A program made the position numbers and the translations under genes. A model generated the notes under the pieces. That model made no database searches. It was not told the DNA's origin and saw nothing but the letters and a program-made list of their open reading frames with translations. A stretch of DNA of 64,000 nt from Candidatus Saccharimonadota bacterium (GTDB lineage: Bacteria > Patescibacteriota > Saccharimonadia > Saccharimonadales > UBA4665): positions 89,784 through 153,783 of the forward strand of contig JAGQNR010000001.1 of assembly GCA_020427985.1 (NCBI GenBank), written 5' to 3'. Positions 15,883 through 25,331 of the stretch are shown piece by piece; the first letter of the stretch is position 1; each line of letters opens with the position of its first letter.

Positions 15883-17246
15883 ACGGTCTCGTTCTTCTCA
15901 GCTATATTAATTAGTCGCGTAATGGCAATTGCGAAAGCTGCCTCATTGAGCGTAAGTTCGTACTGCTTGGCATACTCATAGGCGTCTTGTATGGCTTTCG
16001 TTAAGTAAGTGGCCATTCTTGCATTGACGTCTAATTCTGTCCAGCTGGTATTGTCCTTGTTTTGTAGCCACTCTAGGTAGCTGACGATCACGCCACCGGC
16101 GTTAGCAATAATGTCAGGGATAACGACCGTTTTATCCTTCGCCAATATTTCTTGCGCCTCATTCGTTACGGGTCCATTTGCCATTTCTACTATATAGTCT
16201 GCCCGTAGTGTATTGACGTTGTCCACTGTGACTGTTTCTTCAAAACCCGCCAGTACTAACACATCTACGTCAAGTGTCAGCAACTCATCGTTGGAGATAA
16301 TATTCACATCAGTATCTTCATAGTCTTTGAAGCGACCTCGAGCTGATTTATATGCTTGTAGCTTGGTTGGATCAAGACCTTTATCGCAGTGCACAGTAGC
16401 CTCAGAGTCACTGGCGGCTACCAGTACCCAATCAGGGTGCTCGGCTTGAACTACTGTTCCAAAAAACAAACCAACGTTACCAAAGCCCTGAATGGCATAC
16501 CGTATCTTGCGGTTATCTTGATGTAAGCGCAGTAGCTCGCTTAGTACAACAACCCCTCCACGACCAGTAGCAGCTTCACGGCCTAGACTGCCGCCATTGG
16601 CAATACTTTTACCTGTAAAGCTGGCTTTAGTAGTGTCACCAGTTAGTTTTTCGTATTCATCAACCATCCAGTCAATAATCTGGGCGTTTGTGTTGACGTC
16701 TGGAGCGGGTACATCTTGATCCGGGCCAATATGGGGGTGGAGATGGCGAACATATTGACGACTAATCTCTTCTAGTTCTTGGTCGGTGACAGTACGCGGG
16801 TCAAATGCGACACCACCCTTACCACCACCCATAGGGATGTCAACGGCAGCAGCTTTTAGGCTCATAAAAGTTGAGTGATAGTGAATCTCGGTCGTGCTGT
16901 CGTCTACTTTTACAAAGTCCATGCGTTCAATTGATACATGACCACGCTCCGGCATGCCAAGGAATTCAAATGTCCAGATAATGCGTTCATTTGTGGCAAC
17001 TTCGTGGTAGCTGCCGCAAAAATCATATTCATTTCCCTCAGGGTCTTTTTCGGCGATGTGCCACGAACCGCCGGTTTTGCCGTCGTAGTACTTAACTAGT
17101 ACTTCATTGCCACGCATAAACCACTTGGTGAATAAATCTTGGTTAACATGTGCTTCAAACACTTTTTCTAGGGGTGCGTTTATACTCACCAAACCCTCTA
17201 TATTTTGCGTTGAATCCTCGGGTACAGTTACAGTTAATGTTGCCAT
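15879..17246 (-). CDS. chimeric protein: SRPBCC/AHSA1-like domain fused to an N-terminally truncated Glu/Leu/Phe/Val dehydrogenase
   Basis: The first ~130 aa are AHSA1-like (INAPLEKVFEAHVN...GGSWHI...CGSYHEVATNERIIWTFEF). The sequence then runs directly into the GDH core IPMGGGKGGVAFDP, GFGNVG, ANGP and NAGGVIVSYLEWLQN. The GDH N-terminal substrate-binding segment is absent. Confidence 0.8.
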   Translation of the reverse strand: MATLTVTVPEDSTQNIEGLVSINAPLEKVFEAHVNQDLFTKWFMRGNEVLVKYYDGKTGGSWHIAEKDPEGNEYDFCGSYHEVATNERIIWTFEFLGMPERGHVSIERMDFVKVDDSTTEIHYHSTFMSLKAAAVDIPMGGGKGGVAFDPRTVTDQELEEISRQYVRHLHPHIGPDQDVPAPDVNTNAQIIDWMVDEYEKLTGDTTKASFTGKSIANGGSLGREAATGRGGVVVLSELLRLHQDNRKIRYAIQGFGNVGLFFGTVVQAEHPDWVLVAASDSEATVHCDKGLDPTKLQAYKSARGRFKDYEDTDVNIISNDELLTLDVDVLVLAGFEETVTVDNVNTLRADYIVEMANGPVTNEAQEILAKDKTVVIPDIIANAGGVIVSYLEWLQNKDNTSWTELDVNARMATYLTKAIQDAYEYAKQYELTLNEAAFAIAITRLINIAEKNETV

Positions 17247-17249
17247 ATT

Positions 17250-17576
17250 TTACTCCTTTTCATGTACTAATTGTTCGAGCTTATCGTAGCGACCTTGCCA
17301 TATTTGCCGATACTGTTCCAAGTATTCATCGGCAGTTTGTAGCATGTCGGGGCGGGCCTGCACATAGTAGTGCTTGCCGTGACGCCGTCGCCTTATGAGG
17401 TTTGCGCGCTCTAGCCTCTGTAAATGTTTACTGACTGCCGCAAAAGACATGGTGTACTTTTCGGCGATCTCACTAATAGATAATTCTGTTTTGAGCACTC
17501 GCTGTAATATATCCCGCCGAGTCGGGTCGGCCAGGGAATTAAATACTAGGTCAAGTTGTAGAGTATGTTCAACCAT
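17250..17576 (-). CDS. ArsR/SmtB-family transcriptional regulator
   Basis: 108 aa. The wHTH reads LADPTRRDILQRVLKTELSISEIAEKYTMSFAAVSKHLQRLERANLIRRRRHGKHYYV. ArsR next to SRPBCC is the classic pairing. Confidence 0.85.
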   Translation of the reverse strand: MVEHTLQLDLVFNSLADPTRRDILQRVLKTELSISEIAEKYTMSFAAVSKHLQRLERANLIRRRRHGKHYYVQARPDMLQTADEYLEQYRQIWQGRYDKLEQLVHEKE

Positions 17577-17685
17577 ATGGTTTAACGATAGACCTCCCCC
17601 TGTTCTATGTCAAGACGCTTTCAATGGCCTAGTACTCCATGCTGCAATGAGCAATGTATATTTCTAGATGGTATACTAGGGCAAT

Positions 17686-18165
17686 ATGAGTAGTCTAGGT
17701 GACACACTAAAAACAATAAGTAAGCATACGGAAACCATCGCAATTATTATTGCTGGGCTTGCTGCAATAGGGGTTGGATACACGAGCTATGTTGCGGGTT
17801 TGTGGGACGGAGAATCACTTGAAAAATATTCAAAGGCAACGTCGGCGCTGACTGACGCTAATACAACATATCTGAGCATCGGTCAGCGAAATGATGAGGC
17901 TTCAGATGCGGAAATTGCGACCGCACAGGCACAATATGATACCGAGCACAAAGAGGCTGCCGCATTAACCGAAGAAGCTGATACAGCGAATAAAAAGGGT
18001 GACTATATGCAGCTACTCTCGGTCTATTTTAGTGTCGTGCTCTTTCTAACTTCACTGATGACAGTAGTGAGGCGCACCACCAACAAGATTGCCGTGATAC
18101 TCATTGGTACTGGAGTGCTGCTGATATGCACCATATTGGCGATTACTGCGGGGATGCCGAGCTAG
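17686..18165 (+). CDS. membrane protein (TM helices at both ends, helical acidic middle)
   Basis: 159-aa ORF. An extended -10 TGgTATACT (17669-17677) lies 8 nt before the ATG. Confidence 0.6.
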   Translation: MSSLGDTLKTISKHTETIAIIIAGLAAIGVGYTSYVAGLWDGESLEKYSKATSALTDANTTYLSIGQRNDEASDAEIATAQAQYDTEHKEAAALTEEADTANKKGDYMQLLSVYFSVVLFLTSLMTVVRRTTNKIAVILIGTGVLLICTILAITAGMPS

Positions 18166-19163
18166 TGAGGCGCTACATTCCGCGGACACGACTTGCAATC
18201 TTTTCACTACTACTCTGTCTTTTTGTAATTTTGAGTGGCGGGTGGCTGTATTCTCGGTATGAGCCGATACAAAGTGCGGCCGACTGTACCAGCGTAGAAA
18301 CCTTCGACCCAACTAACAGCACCTGTTACTACGAATGTGAAACAGAGGAGGCGTGTGCTCGCCTGGCAAAACAGGTTGACACTGAGCTTGACGCATTCTT
18401 TAAAAATTCCCAGACGAAGTCAAATGAACAAGCTGGAGATGGGCGACCAGCTGACTCTAAGAATGAGGTAATATTTACGAATGGAAACGGCATATTACAG
18501 CCAAAACCGAATAATCGACAAGCCGCACTGTGGGCATTGTTTCAGAAAATTGCGAGTAATGACATTAGCAAACAGACGGTAGATACCTTTAGCGTGTTTG
18601 ATGACGATCAGAACGCAACTGCAGCTGCGGTGTGGCGAAGTGAACAGCCTAAAAAGTGGCATGTGACGGTGAACCAGGCCTATGATAATGAACCAAAAGA
18701 TTTGATCCATACGCTCGTTCATGAATATGGTCACATCCTGACGTTGTCTGAAGATCAAGTGCCAAGCGCCGTGACTGGTAGCTGCCCAACACTCTCACTA
18801 CAGGAAGGGTGCGCAGCACAATCAGCCTATATTACAGAGTTTTCAAAACGATATTGGCAACGATATGACAAAAAAGCCCCGAAGAATGATGGCGAGGATC
18901 AGGATGAGGTGCAGCGATTCTATAACCAAAATGGCAAAGACCAGACATTTGTCAGTGAGTATGCAGCAACCAATCTTACGGAAGATATGGCTGAGAGTTT
19001 TGCTAGTTTTGTACTGCAGAGCAAGCCCTCAGGCACTAAGACCGTAGACAAGAAGATAGCGTTCTACTATGAGTATCCCGCACTCGTTCGTGAGCGTGAG
19101 CGAATTCGTACGGCACTCGCTAAGGAACTGGGCAGTCGGCAGATGCTCCGAACGACTCGGTAA
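18165..19163 (+). CDS. membrane-anchored putative zinc metalloprotease
   Basis: HEXXH motif (LVHEYGHIL) with a downstream acidic segment TEDMAESF. N-terminal TM LAIFSLLLCLFVILSGGWL. The start is ambiguous (in-frame ATG 18126 or GTG 18165). Confidence 0.6.
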   Translation: MRRYIPRTRLAIFSLLLCLFVILSGGWLYSRYEPIQSAADCTSVETFDPTNSTCYYECETEEACARLAKQVDTELDAFFKNSQTKSNEQAGDGRPADSKNEVIFTNGNGILQPKPNNRQAALWALFQKIASNDISKQTVDTFSVFDDDQNATAAAVWRSEQPKKWHVTVNQAYDNEPKDLIHTLVHEYGHILTLSEDQVPSAVTGSCPTLSLQEGCAAQSAYITEFSKRYWQRYDKKAPKNDGEDQDEVQRFYNQNGKDQTFVSEYAATNLTEDMAESFASFVLQSKPSGTKTVDKKIAFYYEYPALVRERERIRTALAKELGSRQMLRTTR

Positions 19164-19234
19164 TATATGCGTGATTTTATAGCGTAATTTCTTGTGCTAG
19201 ACGGTTCTCTTGGGGTATACTAACCACTAGAACT

Positions 19235-22200
19235 ATGAAGATAATGCGAGAGACTTTATACCTGTTTTGGAGGGTGTTCATGCGGATTTTTTCTGAGCTG
19301 AAATTTATTGCTGCAGCTGGTGCATTGGTGGTTGAGTGTTTTGTGTGGCCCGTGCTCAAATATATACTGACGCCGATAGCGCGGCTTACGAGGTTACTGC
19401 GGCGAGTACTATTTGCCCCTGCTCGGGCTCGGTTGGTACAGAAGTTCCGCATACTGCAAAAATGGGATACTTGGAAATATCGTGCGCAATTCCGAACTGC
19501 CTCGACCTCGCTCGTGGCAATGGTGTTTGTCGTATCTATTGTGCAATCCTCCCTCATGGCAGCTCCCGACCTCAATGATACCTGGAACTTCAATACGCCA
19601 GCAGACTACACCATGAGCAGTGGTGTTGAGGTTGTGGGTGGGCAGGCTCGACTCAAGGCCCAAAACTACACGAATGATGCCAATACCAGTGCCTTGTACC
19701 ATTTTGATGAAGTAGGTGGCACAAATGTCACTGATTCCTCGGCACATAATAATACCGCAACCCTATCGGGCGGTTCGTTTACTACTGGCAATTTGAACAA
19801 TGCCGTATCGCTAAACGGCATACAAGATTTTGCTTCCGCAAGCAGTTCACCATCGCTGCAGCTTGGACAACAACAAACTATTGAAGGCTGGACAAAGTTC
19901 AATACTTCATTCAATGCCGGTTCATCATCACACCGACAAGGTATCATCGATAAGGGTGACTACCAGTTGTACTATGATAATGAAACTGGCAAGGTCACCT
20001 ATGAGCTTGCCGACGCAAACGCCAACACTTGGACGCCTGCAGGTGGGCGTGACGTCAAGAATAGTTGGGATACTAATGGTAAGCGCTCGGTCAATGCTTC
20101 TGTTAAGATGGGTAGTGATATATATGCGGGTATTGGTGTTGATGTTGGTGATGCGGAAGTTTGGAAATGGGATGGTACGTCCTGGTCCCGGATTGGTGGC
20201 GGCGAAACAAGCCTGAACGGAAGTTGGAACTCAAATACATATGAGGGTGTCTACTCACTAGCGAGTGATGGCACAAACTTGTATGCTGGGCTTGGCAGTG
20301 GCAGTGGCGAGGGTGAAGTCTGGCGCTGGAACGGAGCAAGCTGGACCAAGATCGGCGGTGATAGCTTGAACAGTAGCTGGACTAATTATGCCGAAACAGT
20401 TTACACCCTTGATTACTACAACGGGAAACTATATGCGGGCATTGGTTTCTCTAGGAATGATGCTGAAGTGTGGGAATGGAATGGTAGCTCCTGGGCTAAG
20501 GTTGGCGGCGATGGTGTCAATGCTAGCTGGAACACGGTATACGAATCAGTTGCGAGCATGACTCATGACGGCGGTAACTTGTATGTTGGACTTGGCGCAA
20601 GTGCTGGCGATGCCGAGGTCTGGCAATGGAATGGTACAACTTGGACTAAGATCGGCGGTGATAGCTTGAACAGTGGCTGGGACGCAAGTTTTGAAACCGT
20701 CTACACCCTAAAGCATTATGGTGGCAATCTCTATGCTGGCCTTGGGCTGACGGCTAACGATGCCGAGGTCTGGCGTTGGAACGGAACAAGCTGGGCTAAG
20801 ATCGGCGGTGATAGTGTAAATAGTAGCTGGGGCTCGGGCTACGAATATGTCACTGGAATAGCCTGGGATGGTGCCAACCTCTACGCCGGGCTTGGTGGCA
20901 GTAACGGTGATGGTGAGGTCTGGCGTTGGAACGGAACAAGCTGGGCTAAGATCGGCGGTGATAGTCTAAACGGTGGCTGGACAGCTGCGCAAGGTGACAT
21001 CGTGAAAACCCTCTTGTACGACAATGGCACCCTGTTCTCTGGTAATTATGATGCTGCTGGTGATGGATTTATGTGGACATATGATGGCACGAGCTGGACC
21101 CTCATGGGTGGTGGCTATGTTAAAAAGAGTTGGGGAAACTACGGCATTGGATCGGTTAATGTTATGCAAAAAGTTGGAGATTATCTCTATGCTGGGCTTG
21201 GTAACTCGGCCGGATCTGCTCTGGTATGGCAGTTTGACGGTACAACCTGGCAGCTGATAGGTGGTCAAGGAATCAATAATAGCTGGTCGGCTGTTACCTA
21301 TGAACAAGTTATGAGTATGGCGAGTTTTCAGGGCAAGCTCATCGTAGGTTTGGGAACATCAGCTAATGACGCAGAGGTATGGGAATGGAACGGAACAAGC
21401 TGGACTAAGATTGGTGGTGATAGTCTAAACGGTGGCTGGACGGCAAACTTCGAAGAGGTTGATGCTATGGCGGCAACCGACTCAGAGCTCTATGTCGGGC
21501 TTGGTGCGAGTACTGCGGACGGTGAAGTTTGGCGCTGGAACGGAACAAGCTGGACTAAGATTGGTGGTGATAGTCTAAACGGTGGCTGGACTAATTATGT
21601 CGAACGAGTGGCCTCGATAGCAATTCATAACGGCAATATTTATGCGGGCCTGGGTAGCAGTACTGGCGACGGGGAGATCTGGGAATGGAACGGAACAAGC
21701 TGGACTAAGATTGGTGGTGATGGTGTAGGCGGTAGCTGGAGTACTACTACCTACCAGCAGATTGAATCAATGATTTCATATGACGGCAAGCTGTATGCTG
21801 GGCTTGGTAATGTCACTGGCGCTGGCACGCTGTGGCAATGGGACGGTAGTGCTTGGACGCAGATTGGTGGTGATGACATAAATGGTAGCTGGACAACAGG
21901 TACCTACGAACGAGTGAAGACGCTTGCCGTCTATAACGGCGACCTCTATGCTGGTCTTGGCTACAGTACTGGCGACGGTGAAGTTTGGCGTTTGAGCGGC
22001 AATAGCTGGACCAAGATCGGTGGTACAGGACTTAATAACGGGTGGGGTGGCGACATAGAAGAGATTGGTTCGTTCAGTGCCTACAAAGGCAAATTCTACG
22101 TTGGAACTGGCTTGAGTGCAAACGCTGATGCTCGGGTATGGAGTTGGGGTAATAATGCTTTCCTACAATCCGCTACTAGCACGTTTGATACGGATTGGCA

Positions 22201-25200
22201 CCATGTTGCCGCAACCTATGATGGCGCTGCCATGAAGCTATACATTGACGGTGCACAGAACGCATCTACTGCGAGTAATATCGTTGTTGCGAATAGTACG
22301 CGCAACTTGCTGATTGGTAAGACCTACGGCGGCCGAGAATTCGGAAAACCTGTCGGCATGTTTGATGGGAAGTTAGACGAAATTCGGTTAAGCTCAGTTG
22401 CACGCACTGCATTTACGACCAATCCGTACGCCGATTCGCCGCAAACTATTCAGCTCGCTACCGCTGTACGAAAATCTGGTGTTTGGCACTGGGATACACT
22501 CTCTCACACCGACAGCGGTAATGGCGGAACTATTATGTACCGCCTGTCTGCAGACGATGGAGTTACATGGAAATATTGGGATGGTATTGGTTGGGCGACA
22601 TCCAATTCGCTTACTGAAGTGAACACTCCAGCGGTTATCACTGCGAACTTCGCGAGCTTCCCGGTTACCTTCGATGGGTTACTCTGGCAGGTCGTTATGG
22701 ATGGTGACGGCACGCAGCAGGTTGGCATCAATGGGGTATCAGCAGAGGCTACTTCAGATACGACAGACCCAAATGGCAACCCGAGTAGTATTGTCGGCTA
22801 TCGTGCCAACGGCGGCAGTACAATCGCACCAAATGGATGGACAAATGGATCATCACCATACTTCACATGGACAGCTGGCGCTGATGCAGAAGGTGGAGTG
22901 CTAGGCTACTGTGCATACCTTGGTACTGATCAAAACGCAGATCCGACAACCACAAAGGGGCAGCTGGGAACGAGCCCGGTTGCTACAGGTAGCACATGCC
23001 AGTTTATTGTTAGTGGTACATCGCTAGACCTTGCAACGCCAGGACTGCTCGGTTCCCCGCTCGTTACCAGCAACGACATGCTGTATCTAACGCTACGAAC
23101 CATCGATAAGGCTGGCAATATCACCAATACTTCTACGCAGTTTGCTTTTAAGTTTGATAATACGCCGCCAACAAACCCGGGCTTCATTACCGCGCCATCT
23201 GGCTTTATTAATACCAAGGATGTCGAGATGTCGTGGGCGACGAGTGGCGGGAGCGCACCAAGTGACGCAAATTCCGGTATTGCCGGACTGCAGTACCGCA
23301 TAGGCTCGGGTGGTACCTGGTACGGTGACAGTCACAGTGGTACTGGTGATAGTTCGGACCTTCTTGCCAACGATGGCGTGTATGCAACCATACCAACACC
23401 AGATCATACCAATCTCGCAGAAGGTATCAACACGGTGTACTTCCGAACATGGGATCAGGCTGGTAATTACACAAATACCTACGCAACCGCCACACTGAAA
23501 ATTAATACCAATGGTGCTCCGAGTGAGCCGGTCAATCTGATTGCAACGCCAACATCGAACACAGTCAACTCGTTTGGCTTCAACTGGGATACGCCTGTTA
23601 CTTATGTGGGTAACCAGAATAACATCACGTATTGCTACGTAGTGAATACACTTCCATCAGCAAGTACCTGCGCCTACACAGGAGCCGGCTCAACCGAATT
23701 AACGGTTGGACCATATGCCACACAACCAGGTAGTAACACACTGTATGTAGTAGCTAAGGATGAGTCAGGTAACATCAACTACGCAAACTATGCATCGGTC
23801 AACTTTACGGCAAATACTGCCGCCCCTGGCGTGCCGCTGAATACCGATATCGTGGATGTATCAATCAAGAATACGAGCAACTGGCGCTTGGCGCTCACGT
23901 GGGACCAGCCAACGAGTGGCGGCAACGTAAGCTCGTACCGAGTCTACAGATCAACCAATAACACTACATTTACGCAGGTTGGCACAAGCTCAAGCACCAC
24001 CTATATCGATGCCGGACTAACGCAGCAGACCTACTACTACAAGGTTGCGGCCTGTGATAACACGAATAATTGTGGTGCTGCCGGTACTGTAGTGAGCGCC
24101 CTACCTACAGGTAAGTTTACGAGCCCCGCAGCACTTATTAGCGGGCCTGATGTTAGTAATGTGACAACCAAAAAGGCCACCGTTACATGGACGACCGACC
24201 GTGGAAGCGATTCTAAGATAGCTATTGGAACTCAAAGTGGTCAATACGGTTCTTCAGAAGTAGGTAATTCGACACAGACCTCAAGCCATGACATCCAACT
24301 CGACAATCTTGCTCCGGGCACGACATACTACTTTAAGGTCAAGTGGACGGATGAAGATGGCAATACTGGCAGTAGCCAAGAGCAGACATTCACGACTGCT
24401 CCAGCACCATCCATCAAGGAGGTAACTGTCGACGGCGTTAACCTGTCAAGTGCGAATGTATCATTTACCACGAAAGGTGCCGTCAAAGCGCGAGTCTACT
24501 ATGGTACAAGTGAATCATTCGGCGGCCTTAAATCAGTCAATACATCGCCTGACGAATCACGCTACCAGGTAGCCCTCAGTGATTTGGCCGATGGTACCAA
24601 GTACTACTTCATGGTGAGCACCTTTGATCAAGAAGGTGCCGAGTACAGAGGTAATATCATCACCTTCACAACACCCGCTCGCCCACGCATTACCAACCTG
24701 CGCTTCCAGCCAGTAGCTGGTGAGCCAACGAGTACGCAGCGCGTTACATGGGATACGAATGTTGCCTCAACCAGTTCAATCAGTTATGCTACCGCAAATG
24801 GACAGCCAAAAGAACTGCAGGATTCTAAACTAACGACGAGTCATGAAGTGACAATTCGTAGGCTGCAAGACGACAGCATCTATACATTGGTGGCCTCAAG
24901 CCGAGATGAAGCGGGTAATCTCGCGACCTCAGACCGTCAGCAGTTTAGGACAGCGCTCGACACGCGCCCAGCAAAGATTAGTGACATAGTTGTAGAAACA
25001 TCTATTCGAGGATCTGGCTCAGAAGCTCGAGGGCAGATTGTGGTATCGTGGAGAACTGATGAGCCTTCAACCAGTCAAGTTGCCTACTCAGAGGGCTCTG
25101 GTGCAACAATATTCAATAGCAAATCCGCAGAAGATGCGCGTTTGACGACGGAGCACATCGTGATCATATCTGACTTGCCGACCTCGCGGGTATACAGCGT

Positions 25201-25330
25201 CCAGCCGCTTTCTAAAGATAGTGCTAAAAATGAGGGTAGCGGCGAAACTCAGACTGCTATCATCAGCCGCGCCTCAGACAGCGCTATCACGGTAATATTT
25301 AATAGCTTAAAATCAATATTTGGATTGTAG
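19235..25330 (+). CDS. giant (2031 aa) membrane-anchored surface protein: LamG-like domain interrupted by ~14 propeller-type repeats, followed by FN3-type domains
   Basis: N-terminal hydrophobic segments. The LamG N-half is ALYHFDEVGG...TIEGWTKF...DKGDYQLYYDNETGKVTYEL. About 14 repeats of ~50 aa follow (EVWRWNGTSWTKIGGDSLNGGW...LYAGLG). The LamG C-half is DWHHVAATYDGAAMKLYIDG...FDGKLDEIRLSS. The C-terminal half holds many FN3-like modules (KATVTWTTDRGSDSKI...GTTYYFKV). Confidence 0.9.
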   Translation: MKIMRETLYLFWRVFMRIFSELKFIAAAGALVVECFVWPVLKYILTPIARLTRLLRRVLFAPARARLVQKFRILQKWDTWKYRAQFRTASTSLVAMVFVVSIVQSSLMAAPDLNDTWNFNTPADYTMSSGVEVVGGQARLKAQNYTNDANTSALYHFDEVGGTNVTDSSAHNNTATLSGGSFTTGNLNNAVSLNGIQDFASASSSPSLQLGQQQTIEGWTKFNTSFNAGSSSHRQGIIDKGDYQLYYDNETGKVTYELADANANTWTPAGGRDVKNSWDTNGKRSVNASVKMGSDIYAGIGVDVGDAEVWKWDGTSWSRIGGGETSLNGSWNSNTYEGVYSLASDGTNLYAGLGSGSGEGEVWRWNGASWTKIGGDSLNSSWTNYAETVYTLDYYNGKLYAGIGFSRNDAEVWEWNGSSWAKVGGDGVNASWNTVYESVASMTHDGGNLYVGLGASAGDAEVWQWNGTTWTKIGGDSLNSGWDASFETVYTLKHYGGNLYAGLGLTANDAEVWRWNGTSWAKIGGDSVNSSWGSGYEYVTGIAWDGANLYAGLGGSNGDGEVWRWNGTSWAKIGGDSLNGGWTAAQGDIVKTLLYDNGTLFSGNYDAAGDGFMWTYDGTSWTLMGGGYVKKSWGNYGIGSVNVMQKVGDYLYAGLGNSAGSALVWQFDGTTWQLIGGQGINNSWSAVTYEQVMSMASFQGKLIVGLGTSANDAEVWEWNGTSWTKIGGDSLNGGWTANFEEVDAMAATDSELYVGLGASTADGEVWRWNGTSWTKIGGDSLNGGWTNYVERVASIAIHNGNIYAGLGSSTGDGEIWEWNGTSWTKIGGDGVGGSWSTTTYQQIESMISYDGKLYAGLGNVTGAGTLWQWDGSAWTQIGGDDINGSWTTGTYERVKTLAVYNGDLYAGLGYSTGDGEVWRLSGNSWTKIGGTGLNNGWGGDIEEIGSFSAYKGKFYVGTGLSANADARVWSWGNNAFLQSATSTFDTDWHHVAATYDGAAMKLYIDGAQNASTASNIVVANSTRNLLIGKTYGGREFGKPVGMFDGKLDEIRLSSVARTAFTTNPYADSPQTIQLATAVRKSGVWHWDTLSHTDSGNGGTIMYRLSADDGVTWKYWDGIGWATSNSLTEVNTPAVITANFASFPVTFDGLLWQVVMDGDGTQQVGINGVSAEATSDTTDPNGNPSSIVGYRANGGSTIAPNGWTNGSSPYFTWTAGADAEGGVLGYCAYLGTDQNADPTTTKGQLGTSPVATGSTCQFIVSGTSLDLATPGLLGSPLVTSNDMLYLTLRTIDKAGNITNTSTQFAFKFDNTPPTNPGFITAPSGFINTKDVEMSWATSGGSAPSDANSGIAGLQYRIGSGGTWYGDSHSGTGDSSDLLANDGVYATIPTPDHTNLAEGINTVYFRTWDQAGNYTNTYATATLKINTNGAPSEPVNLIATPTSNTVNSFGFNWDTPVTYVGNQNNITYCYVVNTLPSASTCAYTGAGSTELTVGPYATQPGSNTLYVVAKDESGNINYANYASVNFTANTAAPGVPLNTDIVDVSIKNTSNWRLALTWDQPTSGGNVSSYRVYRSTNNTTFTQVGTSSSTTYIDAGLTQQTYYYKVAACDNTNNCGAAGTVVSALPTGKFTSPAALISGPDVSNVTTKKATVTWTTDRGSDSKIAIGTQSGQYGSSEVGNSTQTSSHDIQLDNLAPGTTYYFKVKWTDEDGNTGSSQEQTFTTAPAPSIKEVTVDGVNLSSANVSFTTKGAVKARVYYGTSESFGGLKSVNTSPDESRYQVALSDLADGTKYYFMVSTFDQEGAEYRGNIITFTTPARPRITNLRFQPVAGEPTSTQRVTWDTNVASTSSISYATANGQPKELQDSKLTTSHEVTIRRLQDDSIYTLVASSRDEAGNLATSDRQQFRTALDTRPAKISDIVVETSIRGSGSEARGQIVVSWRTDEPSTSQVAYSEGSGATIFNSKSAEDARLTTEHIVIISDLPTSRVYSVQPLSKDSAKNEGSGETQTAIISRASDSAITVIFNSLKSIFGL
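20027..22163 (+). repeat. in-frame tandem array of ~150-nt coding repeats (propeller blades)
   Basis: The 150-nt periodicity includes perfect copies: a 51-mer at 20765-20815 = 20915-20965, and a 56-mer at 21386-21441 = 21536-21591 (35 nt of it again at 21686-21720). Confidence 0.85.
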
Positions 25331-25331
25331 T

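Noticed and set aside
20027-22163. Regular ~150-nt periodic repeats that could be mistaken for a CRISPR-like array or a satellite.
   Set aside because: The repeats are in frame inside one 2031-aa ORF. Each encodes a ~50-aa protein repeat. There is no repeat/spacer alternation, and the units are too long and too divergent for CRISPR.
19177-23498. Many 60-140-aa ORFs from the track on the opposite strand or in other frames (e.g. 19177..19593, 19409..19747, 20966..21307, 22930..23301, 23093..23407).
   Set aside because: All lie entirely inside the giant, motif-rich ORF 19235..25330, and they have no SD or promoter. The same reasoning applies to the antisense or alternate-frame ORFs inside the kinase, recombinase, VirB4, VirD4, pyk, pgk, pcrA, Mur-ligase and other long genes.
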